Source: an uncultured Planctomycetia bacterium (GTDB lineage Bacteria > Omnitrophota > Gorgyraeia > 2-02-FULL-51-18). From it: 64,000 nt of DNA. Position 1 is the first letter of the stretch. Each line of letters starts with the position of its first letter. The position numbers and the translations under genes were made by a program. Below the pieces are notes generated by a model. That model was given only the letters and a program-made list of their open reading frames with translations, made no database searches and had not been told where the DNA came from. Location: the NCBI GenBank assembly GCA_964431835.1, contig CAYSKO010000007.1, positions 8,997 through 72,996 on the forward strand, given 5' to 3'. Positions 38,233 through 49,022 of the stretch are shown piece after piece.

Positions 38233-39377
38233 AATACGTCGACAAGCCGGAATCGGTCGCCGAAGCCGCCCGTCTCATCGGGGCGGCGCCTTGGGCTTCG
38301 GTCGACTGCGAAGCGGACAGCCTTCACCACTACGTGGAGAAACTCTGCCTGATCCAGATCAGCGTTCCGGACCACGATTTCGTGGTGGACCCGCTCGCCG
38401 GAGCGGATCTCACGCCGATCATGACCGCGATGTCGCCCAAGCCGCTCAACCTGCACGGCGCGGATTTCGACATCCGCATGATCCGGCGGTTCCACGGTTT
38501 CCGTTCGACGGCGCACATCTTCGACACGATGATCGCGGCCCAGCTCCTGGGCTACGACCACCAGGGCTATGCGGACTTGGTCGAACGCCACTGCGGCGAG
38601 AAGCTTTCGAAATCCAGCCAGAAGGCCGACTGGTCGCGCCGCCCGCTCGACGAGAAGATGCTCGACTACGCCGTAAAGGACACGCATTACCTGAATCCGG
38701 TGAAGCTTCAGATGGAGGCCGAGCTCCGTGAGCTCGGGCGCTTCGAGTGGCACCGCCAGTGGTGCGCGCGCCTTCTCAACGCACTCATGAACGAGACTGA
38801 CGCTCCGCGCGAGGAAACCGGCCGCGAATGGCAGGTCAAAGGATGCCGCGAGCTTTCGGGAAAGGCGCTCACGTACCTTCGCGAGCTTTGGTACTGGCGC
38901 GACAAGGAAGCGCGCCGCAGGGACCGCCCGAGCTTCAAGATTCTCAACACCGAGTATCTAATCGAAATCGCGAAGTGGGCCGTCGCGAATCCGGGAACGG
39001 ACGCGGGAATGATGCCGAAGGCGCCGTCCAACGTGCGTCACGAGCTGCGCGAGCCGATCAACGCGGCTCTCAAACGCGCGGACGCTCAGCCGCAGGCCTT
39101 CGTCACGCAGGAGCGGGGAAAGTTCGAGAGGAAGCGCTGGACCAACGACGACGCGAAGCGATTCTTACAGTTGAAAGACGAACGGCAGGCGCTGGGGAAC
39201 GAGTTCAAGCTCCAGCCGAGCTTGCTGGGGACGAACGCGGCGCTCGAGATTTTGGCGTCGGGCGCTCCGAAGACACGGGAAGAGGTTGAAAAGCTCGACT
39301 GCCTGATGCCCTGGCAGATCGATCTGTGGGAAGAGCGGCTTTACAAGATCACGAACCCGCCGTCGAAGGGAAGCTGA
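38229..39377 (+). CDS. rnd: Ribonuclease D (3'-5' exonuclease plus HRDC)
   Basis: VDCEADS, LCLIQIS, FDTMIAA, DWSRRPL, YAVKD. Confidence 0.88.
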   Translation: MKYVDKPESVAEAARLIGAAPWASVDCEADSLHHYVEKLCLIQISVPDHDFVVDPLAGADLTPIMTAMSPKPLNLHGADFDIRMIRRFHGFRSTAHIFDTMIAAQLLGYDHQGYADLVERHCGEKLSKSSQKADWSRRPLDEKMLDYAVKDTHYLNPVKLQMEAELRELGRFEWHRQWCARLLNALMNETDAPREETGREWQVKGCRELSGKALTYLRELWYWRDKEARRRDRPSFKILNTEYLIEIAKWAVANPGTDAGMMPKAPSNVRHELREPINAALKRADAQPQAFVTQERGKFERKRWTNDDAKRFLQLKDERQALGNEFKLQPSLLGTNAALEILASGAPKTREEVEKLDCLMPWQIDLWEERLYKITNPPSKGS

Positions 39378-39381
39378 CGCT

Positions 39382-39615
39382 TTAGTCGTTGTCGTCGGAG
39401 TCGCCGCCGCCGAACCAGCCTTTATTCTCTGGCTTATTCGCCTTTTTCTTCGTGTCGATGAGCTGGCCGTCTTCCATGTCCTTGGCGACGGCGTAGCCGC
39501 CGACGACGCCGCCGGCGATAAGGGCCGCCGCGCAGCCCGGAAGGGAAAGCGCCGAGATCGTGAGCGAAATCATCATGAGAAGCGTGACGAGCGAGCGGAG
39601 GAATGGGATGCGCAC
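39382..39615 (-). CDS. Small lipoprotein
   Basis: GTG start with SD AAGGAG and upstream TGCTATAAT; lipobox LPGC, glycine-rich hydrophobic segment. Confidence 0.7.
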   Translation of the reverse strand: MRIPFLRSLVTLLMMISLTISALSLPGCAAALIAGGVVGGYAVAKDMEDGQLIDTKKKANKPENKGWFGGGDSDDND

Positions 39616-39675
39616 GGGGGAGTCTCCTTTCGCCGATTATAGCATAAACCCCTCAATTTGATATAATCACCCCCT

Positions 39676-39966
39676 ATGGCCGACATCGATCTTAAGAACG
39701 TCGCGAAGCTCGCGCGCCTCCACCTCACCGACGACGAAATCCGTCACCTGGAAGGCCAGGTGAAAGGGATACTCGACTTCGTCGAGCAGCTGAAGGAAGT
39801 AAACGTCGAGGGCATCGAGCCTACGACCCACCCGTTCCCGGTCCGGGACGTCTTCCGCGAAGACGAGCCGAAGCCCTCCCTCAAGATCGAAGAGTTCCTG
39901 AAGACGGCTCCCAAGGCCAAAGGCCGCTTCTTCGAGGTCCCGAAGATCATCGAGGATAAATCGTGA
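39676..39966 (+). CDS. gatC: Asp/Glu-tRNA amidotransferase subunit C
   Basis: [20 protein letters not shown]; precedes gatA and gatB. Confidence 0.95.
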   Translation: MADIDLKNVAKLARLHLTDDEIRHLEGQVKGILDFVEQLKEVNVEGIEPTTHPFPVRDVFREDEPKPSLKIEEFLKTAPKAKGRFFEVPKIIEDKS

Positions 39967-41405
39967 GCTTGAACTTCGCCGAAATGACCGCCTCCGCGCT
40001 CGCGGAAGCCTACGCCGCCGGCGCCACCCAGAAGGACGTCCTCGACTCCGTTCGCGCAGCCGCCCAAACCAAAGACGCGGCCATCCGGGCCTACGTGAAG
40101 CTGGAGGGCGCCCAGCCCAAGCACCGCAAAGCCGAAAAGAAATCGCCGCTCTGGGGCGTCCCCGTCGCGGTGAAGGACAATATCTGCGTCGAAGGGCAGG
40201 AAGCCACCTGCGGTTCCAAAATCCTCCAAAATTATGTGGCGCCCTACAACGCCACGGTCGTCGAGAAGCTCTTGGACGCCGGCGCCGTGATTTACGGCCG
40301 CACGAACATGGACGAGTTCGCGTTCGGATCGAGCTGCGAAACATCTTTTTACGGCCCCACGAAGAATCCGCGCGATCTCACCCGTGTTCCCGGCGGCTCG
40401 AGCGGCGGTTCCGCGGCGAGCGTCGCGGCGCATGCGGCCGTCCTTTCCCTGGGCTCGGACACGGGCGGTTCGATCCGCCAGCCGGCCTCTTTCTGCGGAA
40501 TCGTCGGGCTTAAGCCCACCTACGGCCGCGTGTCGCGCTACGGCCTCATCGCGTTCGCTTCCTCGCTCGATCAAATCGGCCCGTTCACGAAGGACGTCCG
40601 CGATTCCGCGCTCCTTCTTCAGGTGATCGCGGGCCACGACCCGAAAGATTCGACTTCCGCCGAAGTGCCCGTCCCCGATTACGCGTCGTTCCTCGGGAAA
40701 GATGTGAAGGGGATGCGGATCGGCATTCCGAAGGAATACGTCGCCAGCGGCCTCGGCGCCGACGTGAAGAAGGCGATGGACGACGCCGTGAAGACTCTCG
40801 AGGCGCTCGGCGCGACCGTCTCCGAAATCTCGCTGCCGCACACGAAGTACGCGGTAAACGTGTATTACATCGTCGCCCCCTCGGAAGCGAGCTCCAATCT
40901 TTCGCGCTTCGACGGCGTCCGCTTCGGTTTCCGCGAGGCCGCCGCGGACGCGCTCGTTCCGATGTACGAACGCTCGCGCGGCACCGGCTTCGGCGCCGAG
41001 GCCAAGCGCAGAATCATCCTAGGCACCTACAGCCTTTCTTCCGGCTACTACGACGCCTACTATCTCCGCGCGATGAAAGTGCGCACGCTGATTAAGCGCG
41101 ATTTCGACGAGGCGTTCGCGAAGGTCGACGCGATCCTTACGCCCACCGCGCCCTCCGCGGCGTTCAAATTCGGCGAGAAATCGAAGAACCCGCTTGAGAT
41201 GTACCTCTCGGATATCTTCACGATCTCGGCGAACCTGGCCGGCGTCCCGGCGATCTCGGTGCCGGGCGGCCTTTCCGCGGCGGAAGGCCTCCCGATCGGC
41301 CTCCAGTTCATGACGAAGCCTTTCGACGAGGGTAATCTCTTCCGCGTGGCGCACGCCTTCGAGCAGGCCACCGACTGGCACAAGAAACTGGGGAACGTGA
41401 AATGA
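39963..41405 (+). CDS. gatA: Asp/Glu-tRNA amidotransferase subunit A
   Basis: [31 protein letters not shown]. Confidence 0.97.
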   Translation: MSLNFAEMTASALAEAYAAGATQKDVLDSVRAAAQTKDAAIRAYVKLEGAQPKHRKAEKKSPLWGVPVAVKDNICVEGQEATCGSKILQNYVAPYNATVVEKLLDAGAVIYGRTNMDEFAFGSSCETSFYGPTKNPRDLTRVPGGSSGGSAASVAAHAAVLSLGSDTGGSIRQPASFCGIVGLKPTYGRVSRYGLIAFASSLDQIGPFTKDVRDSALLLQVIAGHDPKDSTSAEVPVPDYASFLGKDVKGMRIGIPKEYVASGLGADVKKAMDDAVKTLEALGATVSEISLPHTKYAVNVYYIVAPSEASSNLSRFDGVRFGFREAAADALVPMYERSRGTGFGAEAKRRIILGTYSLSSGYYDAYYLRAMKVRTLIKRDFDEAFAKVDAILTPTAPSAAFKFGEKSKNPLEMYLSDIFTISANLAGVPAISVPGGLSAAEGLPIGLQFMTKPFDEGNLFRVAHAFEQATDWHKKLGNVK

Positions 41406-42844
41406 GCCTCATCCCGACGATCGGACTCGAGGTGCACGTTCAGCTGAACACGAAGACGAAGATCTTCTGCGCGTGCGCGGTGCGTTTCGGAGACCAGCCC
41501 AATTCGAACGTCTGCCCGGTGTGCCTCGGCCTTCCGGGCGTCCTGCCCGTCCTCAACCGCGAGGTGTTCAAGCTCGGCCTGCGCGCGGTCGTCGCACTCG
41601 GCGGCGAGCCCTCGGAGCGCGTGAAGTTCGACCGCAAAAATTACTACTACCCCGATCTGCCCAAGGGCTACCAGATCTCCCAGTTCGACCAACCGATCGG
41701 CCGCGGAGGATTCGTCGAGATCGAGACGAAAACGGGCCCGAAGCGCGTGCGGCTGAACCGCCTCCATCTGGAGGAGGACGCAGGGAAGCTCCTCCACGAC
41801 CAGTCGCCGACTTCGAGCCTGGTGGATCTGAACCGCGCCGGAACGCCTCTCGCCGAGATCGTGAGCGAACCCGATCTCGACTCCGCCGACGAGGCGTACG
41901 CGTATCTTACGAATTTGAAGGCGATCCTCCGCTCCATCGGCGTGTCGGAATGCGACATGGAAAAAGGACAGCTTCGCTGCGACGCAAACGTATCCGTCCG
42001 CAAGTCGAAGTCCGAGCCGCTGGGCACGAAGGTCGAGGTCAAGAATTTGAACTCGTTCAAAGCGGTCAAAGCCGCGATCGAGCACGAGATCGAACGCCAG
42101 ACCGCCGCCCTCGGAAAAGGGGAGAAGCTTTTTCAAGAAACGCGCCTTTGGGACGACGGCAAGGAAAAGACCTTTACGATGCGTTCGAAGGAAGAGGCGC
42201 ACGACTACCGTTATTTCCCAGAGCCCGACCTCGTCCCGTTCACGCTTACGAAGGAGGCGATCGAGGAGGCCCGGAAGTCCCTCCCCGAGCTCCCGAAAGC
42301 AAAGAAAGAGCGTTTCGTTTCCCAATTCCAGCTTTCGGATTACGATGCGGCGCTCCTGACCTCGCAGAAGGAAGTCGCGGATTTTTTCGAGAAAACCGTC
42401 GGCGAGTTCAAGCTCGAGCCAAAGTCGGCCGCCAACTGGATCACGGGCCCCGTTTTCGCGTATTTGGGCGAGAAGAACCTCGCGATCGACGGCACCGCAC
42501 TCTCGCCGAAGCTTCTCGCGCGCACCGCGGGTCTCGTGCAGGCGGGGAAGATGAGTTTCCAAGCGGCGAAGGAGAAGGTGCTTCCGCTCGTCATGGAAAC
42601 CGGCCGCTGCCCCGAGGAAATCATGAACGAGAAGGGCCTCGCGCAGGTTTCGGACGACGGGGCGCTCGACGGCTGGATCGCCGAAGTGGTCGCGGCGAAC
42701 GAGAAGGTCGTAAACGAATTCAAATCCGGTAAGGACGGCGCAGTCATGTTCCTCGTCGGCCAGGTCATGAAAAAAAGCGGCGGCAAGGCCAATCCTGGCA
42801 AGGTGCAGGAGCGCCTCCGCCAGCGCCTGGCCGCCTCCGCGTGA
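41402..42844 (+). CDS. gatB: Asp/Glu-tRNA amidotransferase subunit B
   Basis: [41 protein letters not shown]. Confidence 0.97.
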   Translation: MSLIPTIGLEVHVQLNTKTKIFCACAVRFGDQPNSNVCPVCLGLPGVLPVLNREVFKLGLRAVVALGGEPSERVKFDRKNYYYPDLPKGYQISQFDQPIGRGGFVEIETKTGPKRVRLNRLHLEEDAGKLLHDQSPTSSLVDLNRAGTPLAEIVSEPDLDSADEAYAYLTNLKAILRSIGVSECDMEKGQLRCDANVSVRKSKSEPLGTKVEVKNLNSFKAVKAAIEHEIERQTAALGKGEKLFQETRLWDDGKEKTFTMRSKEEAHDYRYFPEPDLVPFTLTKEAIEEARKSLPELPKAKKERFVSQFQLSDYDAALLTSQKEVADFFEKTVGEFKLEPKSAANWITGPVFAYLGEKNLAIDGTALSPKLLARTAGLVQAGKMSFQAAKEKVLPLVMETGRCPEEIMNEKGLAQVSDDGALDGWIAEVVAANEKVVNEFKSGKDGAVMFLVGQVMKKSGGKANPGKVQERLRQRLAASA

Positions 42845-44025
42845 AGCTCTCTCCGCGGAGGGCGCTCGTCCCCGCGGCTCTCGCCCTCGTCCTCCTCCTC
42901 GGTCTCGCGGCCGCCGGATTCACGGCCGATCTCCTGAAAGGCGTCGACCGCCGTGCGTTCGAACGCCAGCTCGATCTCTTTGTCGAAGTCGTCCAGCTCG
43001 TGCGGAGCGAGTACGTGGACGAAGTGAAGATGGAAAAACTTTTCTCGGGCGCTCTCTCAGGGATGCTCCGCTCGCTCGACCCCTACAGCCAATTCCTCGA
43101 CGCCGAGGCCTACAAAGACCTGAAAAGCGACACCGAAGGCCAGTTCGGCGGCGTCGGAGTGGAAGTGGGCGCCAAGGCCGGCGTTCTCCACGTGATCGCG
43201 CCGCTCGATGAATCGCCCGCGTCCCGCGCGGGCTTGAAGGCCGGCGATGTCATCGTAAAAATCGACGGGGAGGCCATGCGGGACTTGCCGCTTTCCGACG
43301 CTGTCCACCGCCTGCGCGGCGCTCCCGGCACCCACGTGCGCCTCACCGTGATGCGCGAAGACTCGGACAAACTCCTCGATTTCGACGTGAAACGTGAGCG
43401 CATCGCGATCCGGAGCGTGAAGGAAGCGCGGATACTGGAAGGCGGTATCGCGTATCTACGCCTTTCGGCTTTTCAGGAAAATACCGCGGCCGATTTTGAC
43501 GCGGCGATCTCGCGGCTCCGCGGGGAGGGGATGACGGCCCTCATCCTCGATGTGCGGAACAATACGGGCGGCCTTCTTCTCGCCGCGATCGAGGTGGCCG
43601 AGCGCTTCGTGCCGGCCGGAAAAACCGTGATCGCGACCCGCGGGCGGAATCCAAAGAAGGGCCAAAAGTATGTTTCGGGCAATAAAGAGCCGCTCCGGCT
43701 CCATCCGCTCGTCATCCTCGTCAATAAAGGCAGCGCGTCGGGTTCGGAAATCCTCGCCGCGGCGATCCAAGATCACAAACTCGGCGTGATCGTGGGGCAG
43801 AAAACGTTCGGAAAAGCTTCGATCCAGACCCTCGTGCCCCTCCCGGATGGCACGGCGATCCGCATGACGACGTCGAAGTACGAAACGCCCGCGGGCCGTA
43901 TTCTCCACGAAGCGGGCGTGAAACCCGACGTCGAGATCGAACCGGCCGATCCGAACGGCAAAGACCCGGCGCTCGACCGCGCGCGTTCGCTCGCGCGCGA
44001 GCTTTCCGGAGTGCCTCGGGCATGA
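42841..44025 (+). CDS. Carboxyl-terminal processing protease (S41, PDZ)
   Basis: LDPYS, FGGVG PDZ loop, DVRNNTGG, SASGSEI, TFGK. Confidence 0.92.
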   Translation: MKLSPRRALVPAALALVLLLGLAAAGFTADLLKGVDRRAFERQLDLFVEVVQLVRSEYVDEVKMEKLFSGALSGMLRSLDPYSQFLDAEAYKDLKSDTEGQFGGVGVEVGAKAGVLHVIAPLDESPASRAGLKAGDVIVKIDGEAMRDLPLSDAVHRLRGAPGTHVRLTVMREDSDKLLDFDVKRERIAIRSVKEARILEGGIAYLRLSAFQENTAADFDAAISRLRGEGMTALILDVRNNTGGLLLAAIEVAERFVPAGKTVIATRGRNPKKGQKYVSGNKEPLRLHPLVILVNKGSASGSEILAAAIQDHKLGVIVGQKTFGKASIQTLVPLPDGTAIRMTTSKYETPAGRILHEAGVKPDVEIEPADPNGKDPALDRARSLARELSGVPRA

Positions 44026-44924
44026 TGGACCGCCGCCTCACGATCGCGCTCGCCGTCGCCTTCATCGTGACGGTCGCCGTTTTTACCGTACGCGGCTGCA
44101 CGAAGCGTTCCGACGTGCCGAAATCCGCACCCGCGCGTGTCGCGCGTCCAGTGAAGCCCGCGCCCGTGAAACCGAAGCCGAAGCCCAAGCGTCCTTATAA
44201 AGCCCCCGAAACCGTGCCGTCGCCCGTGACGCGTCCGTCCGGGGGAGAGGCGAAGCTCGCGATCGTGCTCGACGACTGGGGCCGCAAATACGACATTTTC
44301 GAGGAGGTGCTCGCGCTCGAGCGGCCGCTCACGCTCGCCGTCATCCCGCATCTTCCATATAGCGCGCGGATCGCACGCGAAGGCCGCGCGGCCGGTCTCG
44401 GCATCATCGTCCACTTCCCGATGCAGCCGAAGGCGGAGACGCACGTCGAACCCACGACGATCTTGACGACCACTCCCGATGCCGTGATCAAGAAGCGCTT
44501 GGACGACGCGTTCCGTTCCGTCGCGGGCGCCCAGGGTATGAACAACCACCAGGGTTCCGCCGCCACGAGCGACCTCCGCGTCATGCGCACGGTGCTCGGG
44601 CACTTGAAATCGAAGAACGTCTTCTTCCTCGATTCGAACGTGATCTCAACCACCGTCGGCCCGCGCGTGGCGAAGGAAATCGGCATCCCTTTCACGAAAC
44701 GCGACGTCTTCTTAGACAACGAGCTCGACGAGGACGCGATCGTCGAGCAGCTCCGGAAGGCCAAGCGCATCGCGCTTTCGCGCGGGAGCGCCGTCGCCAT
44801 CGGCCACGACCACGACGTGACGCTCGCGGCCATCCGCCGCGTTCTTCCGGAGATTGAGCGCGAAGGCGTGCGGCTCGTACTCGCCAAAGACCTCCTTCTC
44901 TACCCCGAGGACGACATCGAGTGA
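44022..44924 (+). CDS. Divergent polysaccharide deacetylase (YibQ family)
   Basis: AIVLDDWG, HFPMQP, GMNNHQGS, FFLDS, RDVFLDN, AIGH. Confidence 0.9.
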   Translation: MMDRRLTIALAVAFIVTVAVFTVRGCTKRSDVPKSAPARVARPVKPAPVKPKPKPKRPYKAPETVPSPVTRPSGGEAKLAIVLDDWGRKYDIFEEVLALERPLTLAVIPHLPYSARIAREGRAAGLGIIVHFPMQPKAETHVEPTTILTTTPDAVIKKRLDDAFRSVAGAQGMNNHQGSAATSDLRVMRTVLGHLKSKNVFFLDSNVISTTVGPRVAKEIGIPFTKRDVFLDNELDEDAIVEQLRKAKRIALSRGSAVAIGHDHDVTLAAIRRVLPEIEREGVRLVLAKDLLLYPEDDIE

Positions 44925-45955
44925 TCACCCTCGGCGTGGAAACCTCCTGCGACGAGACGTCCGTCGCGATCGTTTCGGGGCGGAAAATCCTCTCGAACGT
45001 CGTCGCCTCGAGCCTCGAGGAACAAAAGCGCTACGGCGGCGTCGTGCCGGAGATCGCCTCGCGCGCCCAGCTCGAGGTGCTCCTACCCACGCTCGACGAG
45101 GCCCTTAAAAAAGCGAAAGTTCCGCTCCGCAAGGTCGATCTCATCGCCGTCACGCGCGGCCCCGGCCTCATGGGATCGATCCTCGTCGGCCTTTCGGCGG
45201 CCAAAGCGCTCTCGCTCGCGCTCGGGAAGCCCCTCGTGGGCGTGGACCACGTCCTAGCGCACGCCTACGCCGGGTTTCTTTCGGACCCCAAGCTCAAGTT
45301 CCCGTGTCTCGGCCTGGTCGTCTCCGGCGGGCACACGATGCTCCTTCGCATGGAATCGGCGTCCCACATGAAAACCCTCGGAAAAACGCTCGACGACGCG
45401 GCTGGGGAAGCCTTCGATAAAGTTGCAAAGATCCTAGGGTTGGGATATCCTGGGGGTCCAGAAATCGACCGGCTGTCCAAGAAGCAAGATCCGAACGTTT
45501 TTCGCTTCACCCGACCCTTTCTTTCGAGCGATTCGCTCGATTTCAGCTTCAGCGGAATCAAGACCGCCGTGTACCACCAGGTGGAAGCCCTGAAGAAAAA
45601 GGCGAAGGGGCCCGGTCCGAAGGTTCGCGCGCAGATTTGTTCGGGCTTCCAGGAAGCCGTCTGCGAGACGCTCGTCAAAAAGAGCGTGCGCGCCGCGGCG
45701 CGCGAGAACCTGAAGACGATCGTGATCGGCGGCGGGGTGAGCGCCAATTCCCGCCTGCGCGAGATGATGGCCGAAGCAGCGGACGAAGCGGGCCTGAAGG
45801 CCGTGTTTCCGCCGCTCGCGCTCTGCCAGGACAACGCGGCGATGATCGCTTCCTACGGTGAAGCGCTTTACCGGGAGGGGCGGCGAGACGCGCTCGACAT
45901 GCCCGGATACCCCGATTTCGAGCACCACGACGGAGCCACGAGTGGAAGAAAATAA
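44921..45955 (+). CDS. tsaD: tRNA threonylcarbamoyltransferase
   Basis: GVETSCDET, GGVVPEIASR, VSGGHT, DDAAGEAFDKVA, FSFSGIKT, DNAAMI. Confidence 0.97.
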   Translation: MITLGVETSCDETSVAIVSGRKILSNVVASSLEEQKRYGGVVPEIASRAQLEVLLPTLDEALKKAKVPLRKVDLIAVTRGPGLMGSILVGLSAAKALSLALGKPLVGVDHVLAHAYAGFLSDPKLKFPCLGLVVSGGHTMLLRMESASHMKTLGKTLDDAAGEAFDKVAKILGLGYPGGPEIDRLSKKQDPNVFRFTRPFLSSDSLDFSFSGIKTAVYHQVEALKKKAKGPGPKVRAQICSGFQEAVCETLVKKSVRAAARENLKTIVIGGGVSANSRLREMMAEAADEAGLKAVFPPLALCQDNAAMIASYGEALYREGRRDALDMPGYPDFEHHDGATSGRK

Positions 45956-46322
45956 GACCCCGCAAGAAGAGCCGAACCCCGCCGATGAGCGCTACCTCAT
46001 CGACGTCCGCGAGGCGGCGGACCTCCTCGACATCAGCGAGGAAGAGCTCTGGGCGCTCGTCCACGACCACAAGATCCCCACGCACAACATCGCCGGGGCG
46101 TTCCTGCGCTTCAAGAAGTCGGACATCGAGGCGGTCAAGATCAAATGGCGCATCCACCGCGAGCTCTTCCCCAAGAAGCAGCGCTGGTTCGCGCACCGCG
46201 ACACGGTCAAGGCGGCTGGCATCGCCGAGAAACTCTCGGACTTCTGGTACTTCAACGATTTTTACGTGATTTGTTCGTTGCTCATCATCGTGCTGCTCTA
46301 CGTGATCATCAATACCCAGTAA
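45942..46322 (+). CDS. Excisionase-like HTH protein with C-terminal membrane anchor
   Basis: IDVREAADLLDIS..KIP..FLRFKKSDI and hydrophobic tail FYVICSLLIIVLLYVII; GTG start after GGAG. Confidence 0.75.
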   Translation: MEENKTPQEEPNPADERYLIDVREAADLLDISEEELWALVHDHKIPTHNIAGAFLRFKKSDIEAVKIKWRIHRELFPKKQRWFAHRDTVKAAGIAEKLSDFWYFNDFYVICSLLIIVLLYVIINTQ

Positions 46323-46344
46323 AAGGCCCGCCAAAAAACCCCCG

Positions 46345-49017
46345 ATGAAATTCGTCCTGCTCGACGGCAACTCGTTCTGCTACCGGGCATTCTTCGCCAT
46401 CCGCGAGCTCCGCAACTCGAAGGGTCAGCCGACGAACGCCGTTTACGGCTTCATCACTATGCTGGAAAAGCTCCTCAAAGATATCAAGCCCGACGGCATG
46501 GTGCTCACGTTCGACATGAAGGGCCCGACGCACCGCCACGAGAAGTACGAGGAGTACAAGGCCCAGCGCAAGCCCATGCCCGACGACCTCCGCTCCCAAA
46601 TCCCCCTCATCAAGGACGTCGTTCGCGCCTACCGGATCCCCATCTTCGAGAAGGAAGGGTACGAGGCCGACGACGTGATCGCGACGCTCGCCGAGCGGAT
46701 CAAGGCCGCGGGCCACGAGACGTTCATCGCGACCGGCGACAAAGACATGCTCCAGCTCGTGGGAAAATCGGTGAAGATCGTGAATCCACAAAAGGAGAAC
46801 TTCATCTACGACGAGGCCGCCGTCAAAGAACGCTTCGGTGTGGACCCGGAGCGCGTGACGGACGTCATGGCCCTCATGGGCGACGCCTCCGACAACATCC
46901 CGGGGGTCACTGGCATCGGGGAAGTGACGGCGTCCAAGCTCATTATCGAATTCGGCTCGCTCGATGCACTTTATAAGAATCTCGCGAAGGTGAAAGGCGA
47001 CAAGCTCCGCGCGAACCTCGAAGCGGGGAAGGAAATGGCGTATCTCTCGAGGGACCTCGCCACCGTCGACCGCGCCGTGCCAATCGACATCGACGTGACC
47101 GCGCTCAAGCGCTGCGAGCCGGACGCCGAGAAGCTCGCCGAGCTCTACCGCGAATTCGAGTTCCGCACTCTTCTTAAGAACCTCCCGTCCGCCGAGGATA
47201 AGAACGCCGAGGACGCGGCACTCGAGTACGCGCTCGTTTCCGACGAAAAGGGCTTCGCGAAGCTCGTCGAGACCCTTTCCAAGAAAAAGGCGTGGGCGTT
47301 CGATTTCGAGACGACGAGCGTAAACTCGCTTCTTGCACGCCCGCTCGGCGTGTCGTTTTCGTGGAAAGACAAAGAAGCGTTCTACGTCGCGTTCACCGAG
47401 AAGGGGCCGCTCCAGGCGAAGGAATGCCTCGAGCGCCTGCGTCCGCTCTTCGAGAACGAAAAGATCGCCAAGACCGGGCAGAACCTGAAATACGAGGCGA
47501 TGCTCCTCGGGAGCCACGGGATCGAGCTCCGGGGCATCGCGTTCGACACGATGGTCGCCTCCTACTGCCTCAATCCGGCCAAGCCGAACCACAACCTGGA
47601 CGACATCGCCGCCGAACAGCTGGGGATCCGCATCACGCCGATCACGGAGCTTATCGGCACCGGCCGGAACGAGATCCCAATGGAGGAGGTGCCACTCGAA
47701 AAGGTCTGGCCGTATGGCTGCCAAGACTCCGATGTCGCCCTTCGCCTCGAAAAGACGCTCGCGCCTAAGCTCGCCGAAAAGGACCTGGACGGCCTTTTCC
47801 GGGACATCGAGATGCCCCTCGTTCCGATCCTCGGAGGCATGGAAACGGCCGGAATCGGCCTCGACATCGAACTTCTGGGAGACCTTTCGAAAGAAATGGA
47901 GAAGACCCTCGCCGCGGTCACAAAGACCATCCACAAGGAAGCGGGGACAGAATTCAACATCAACTCTCCCAAGCAGTTGTCGGAAATACTATTCGACAAG
48001 CTCCGCCTGCCTATGGTAAAAAAGACTAAGACAGGGGCATCCACGAACGTAGAGGTTTTGCTCGAGCTTTCCGAAATTCACCCGCTCCCCAAAGAAATCT
48101 TAAAATTCAGGGAACTTTCGAAGCTTAAATCCACCTATGTGGACGCTCTTCCGCTCCTTATCAACCCGCGGACGAAACGGGTTCACACCTCGTTCAATCA
48201 AACGGTGACCGCCACGGGGCGGCTCTCGTCGAGCGAACCGAACCTGCAGAACATTCCGATCCGCACCGAAGAAGGCCGGAAGATCCGGCGCGCGTTTGTC
48301 GCCGGTACGAAGGACACGGTCCTCGTCTCGGCCGATTACTCGCAGATCGAACTGCGCGTGCTTGCGCACCTCTCGGGAGACGAAAACCTGATCCGCGCGT
48401 TCAAGGAAGGCGCGGACATCCATCGCTACACGGCGGGCCTGATGTTCAACCTTCCGATGGAGAGCGTGTCAGACACGATGCGCAATTCGGCGAAGACCGT
48501 GAACTTTGGCGTTCTTTACGGGATGGGCGCGTTCAGCCTGGCCAAGAATTTGAACGTCTCGAACGAAGCCGCGAAGGACTTCATCAAGGCCTACTTCGAC
48601 CGTTACCCGAAGGTGAAGGTCTACCTCGACAAGAATCTCGAGGGGGCGCGGAAAGACGGCTACGTGCAGACCGCGTTCAAGCGCCGCCGGTATATCCCGG
48701 AGATCCTTTCGAGGGACGTGCGCGTGAAGGCGTTCGCCGAGCGCACCGCGAACAACATGCCGATCCAGGGCACTGCGAGCGACATCATCAAGATCGCGAT
48801 GATCCGCATCGCCGGGAAACTCGCGGCGGGGAAGTGGGGCGCGCGGATGATCCTGCAGGTGCACGACGAACTCGTGTTCGAAGTGCCCAAAACCGAAGAG
48901 AAGAAGCTTGTCGCGATGGTGCGTGCCGAGATGGAAGGCGCCGTGGATTTCAAGGTGCCGATGGACGTTTCAGTGAAGGCCGGGCCGAACTGGCTCGACA
49001 TGACGGAAGCCGCTTAA
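46345..49017 (+). CDS. polA: DNA polymerase I
   Basis: LDGNS..YRAFF, GDASDNIPGV, DFETT exonuclease motif, ADYSQIELR, QVHDEL. Confidence 0.98.
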   Translation: MKFVLLDGNSFCYRAFFAIRELRNSKGQPTNAVYGFITMLEKLLKDIKPDGMVLTFDMKGPTHRHEKYEEYKAQRKPMPDDLRSQIPLIKDVVRAYRIPIFEKEGYEADDVIATLAERIKAAGHETFIATGDKDMLQLVGKSVKIVNPQKENFIYDEAAVKERFGVDPERVTDVMALMGDASDNIPGVTGIGEVTASKLIIEFGSLDALYKNLAKVKGDKLRANLEAGKEMAYLSRDLATVDRAVPIDIDVTALKRCEPDAEKLAELYREFEFRTLLKNLPSAEDKNAEDAALEYALVSDEKGFAKLVETLSKKKAWAFDFETTSVNSLLARPLGVSFSWKDKEAFYVAFTEKGPLQAKECLERLRPLFENEKIAKTGQNLKYEAMLLGSHGIELRGIAFDTMVASYCLNPAKPNHNLDDIAAEQLGIRITPITELIGTGRNEIPMEEVPLEKVWPYGCQDSDVALRLEKTLAPKLAEKDLDGLFRDIEMPLVPILGGMETAGIGLDIELLGDLSKEMEKTLAAVTKTIHKEAGTEFNINSPKQLSEILFDKLRLPMVKKTKTGASTNVEVLLELSEIHPLPKEILKFRELSKLKSTYVDALPLLINPRTKRVHTSFNQTVTATGRLSSSEPNLQNIPIRTEEGRKIRRAFVAGTKDTVLVSADYSQIELRVLAHLSGDENLIRAFKEGADIHRYTAGLMFNLPMESVSDTMRNSAKTVNFGVLYGMGAFSLAKNLNVSNEAAKDFIKAYFDRYPKVKVYLDKNLEGARKDGYVQTAFKRRRYIPEILSRDVRVKAFAERTANNMPIQGTASDIIKIAMIRIAGKLAAGKWGARMILQVHDELVFEVPKTEEKKLVAMVRAEMEGAVDFKVPMDVSVKAGPNWLDMTEAA

Positions 49018-49022
49018 GACCG

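Noticed and set aside
45942-46322. Excisionase as evidence of a prophage
   Set aside because: No integrase or phage genes nearby, core-like composition, and coupled to tsaD
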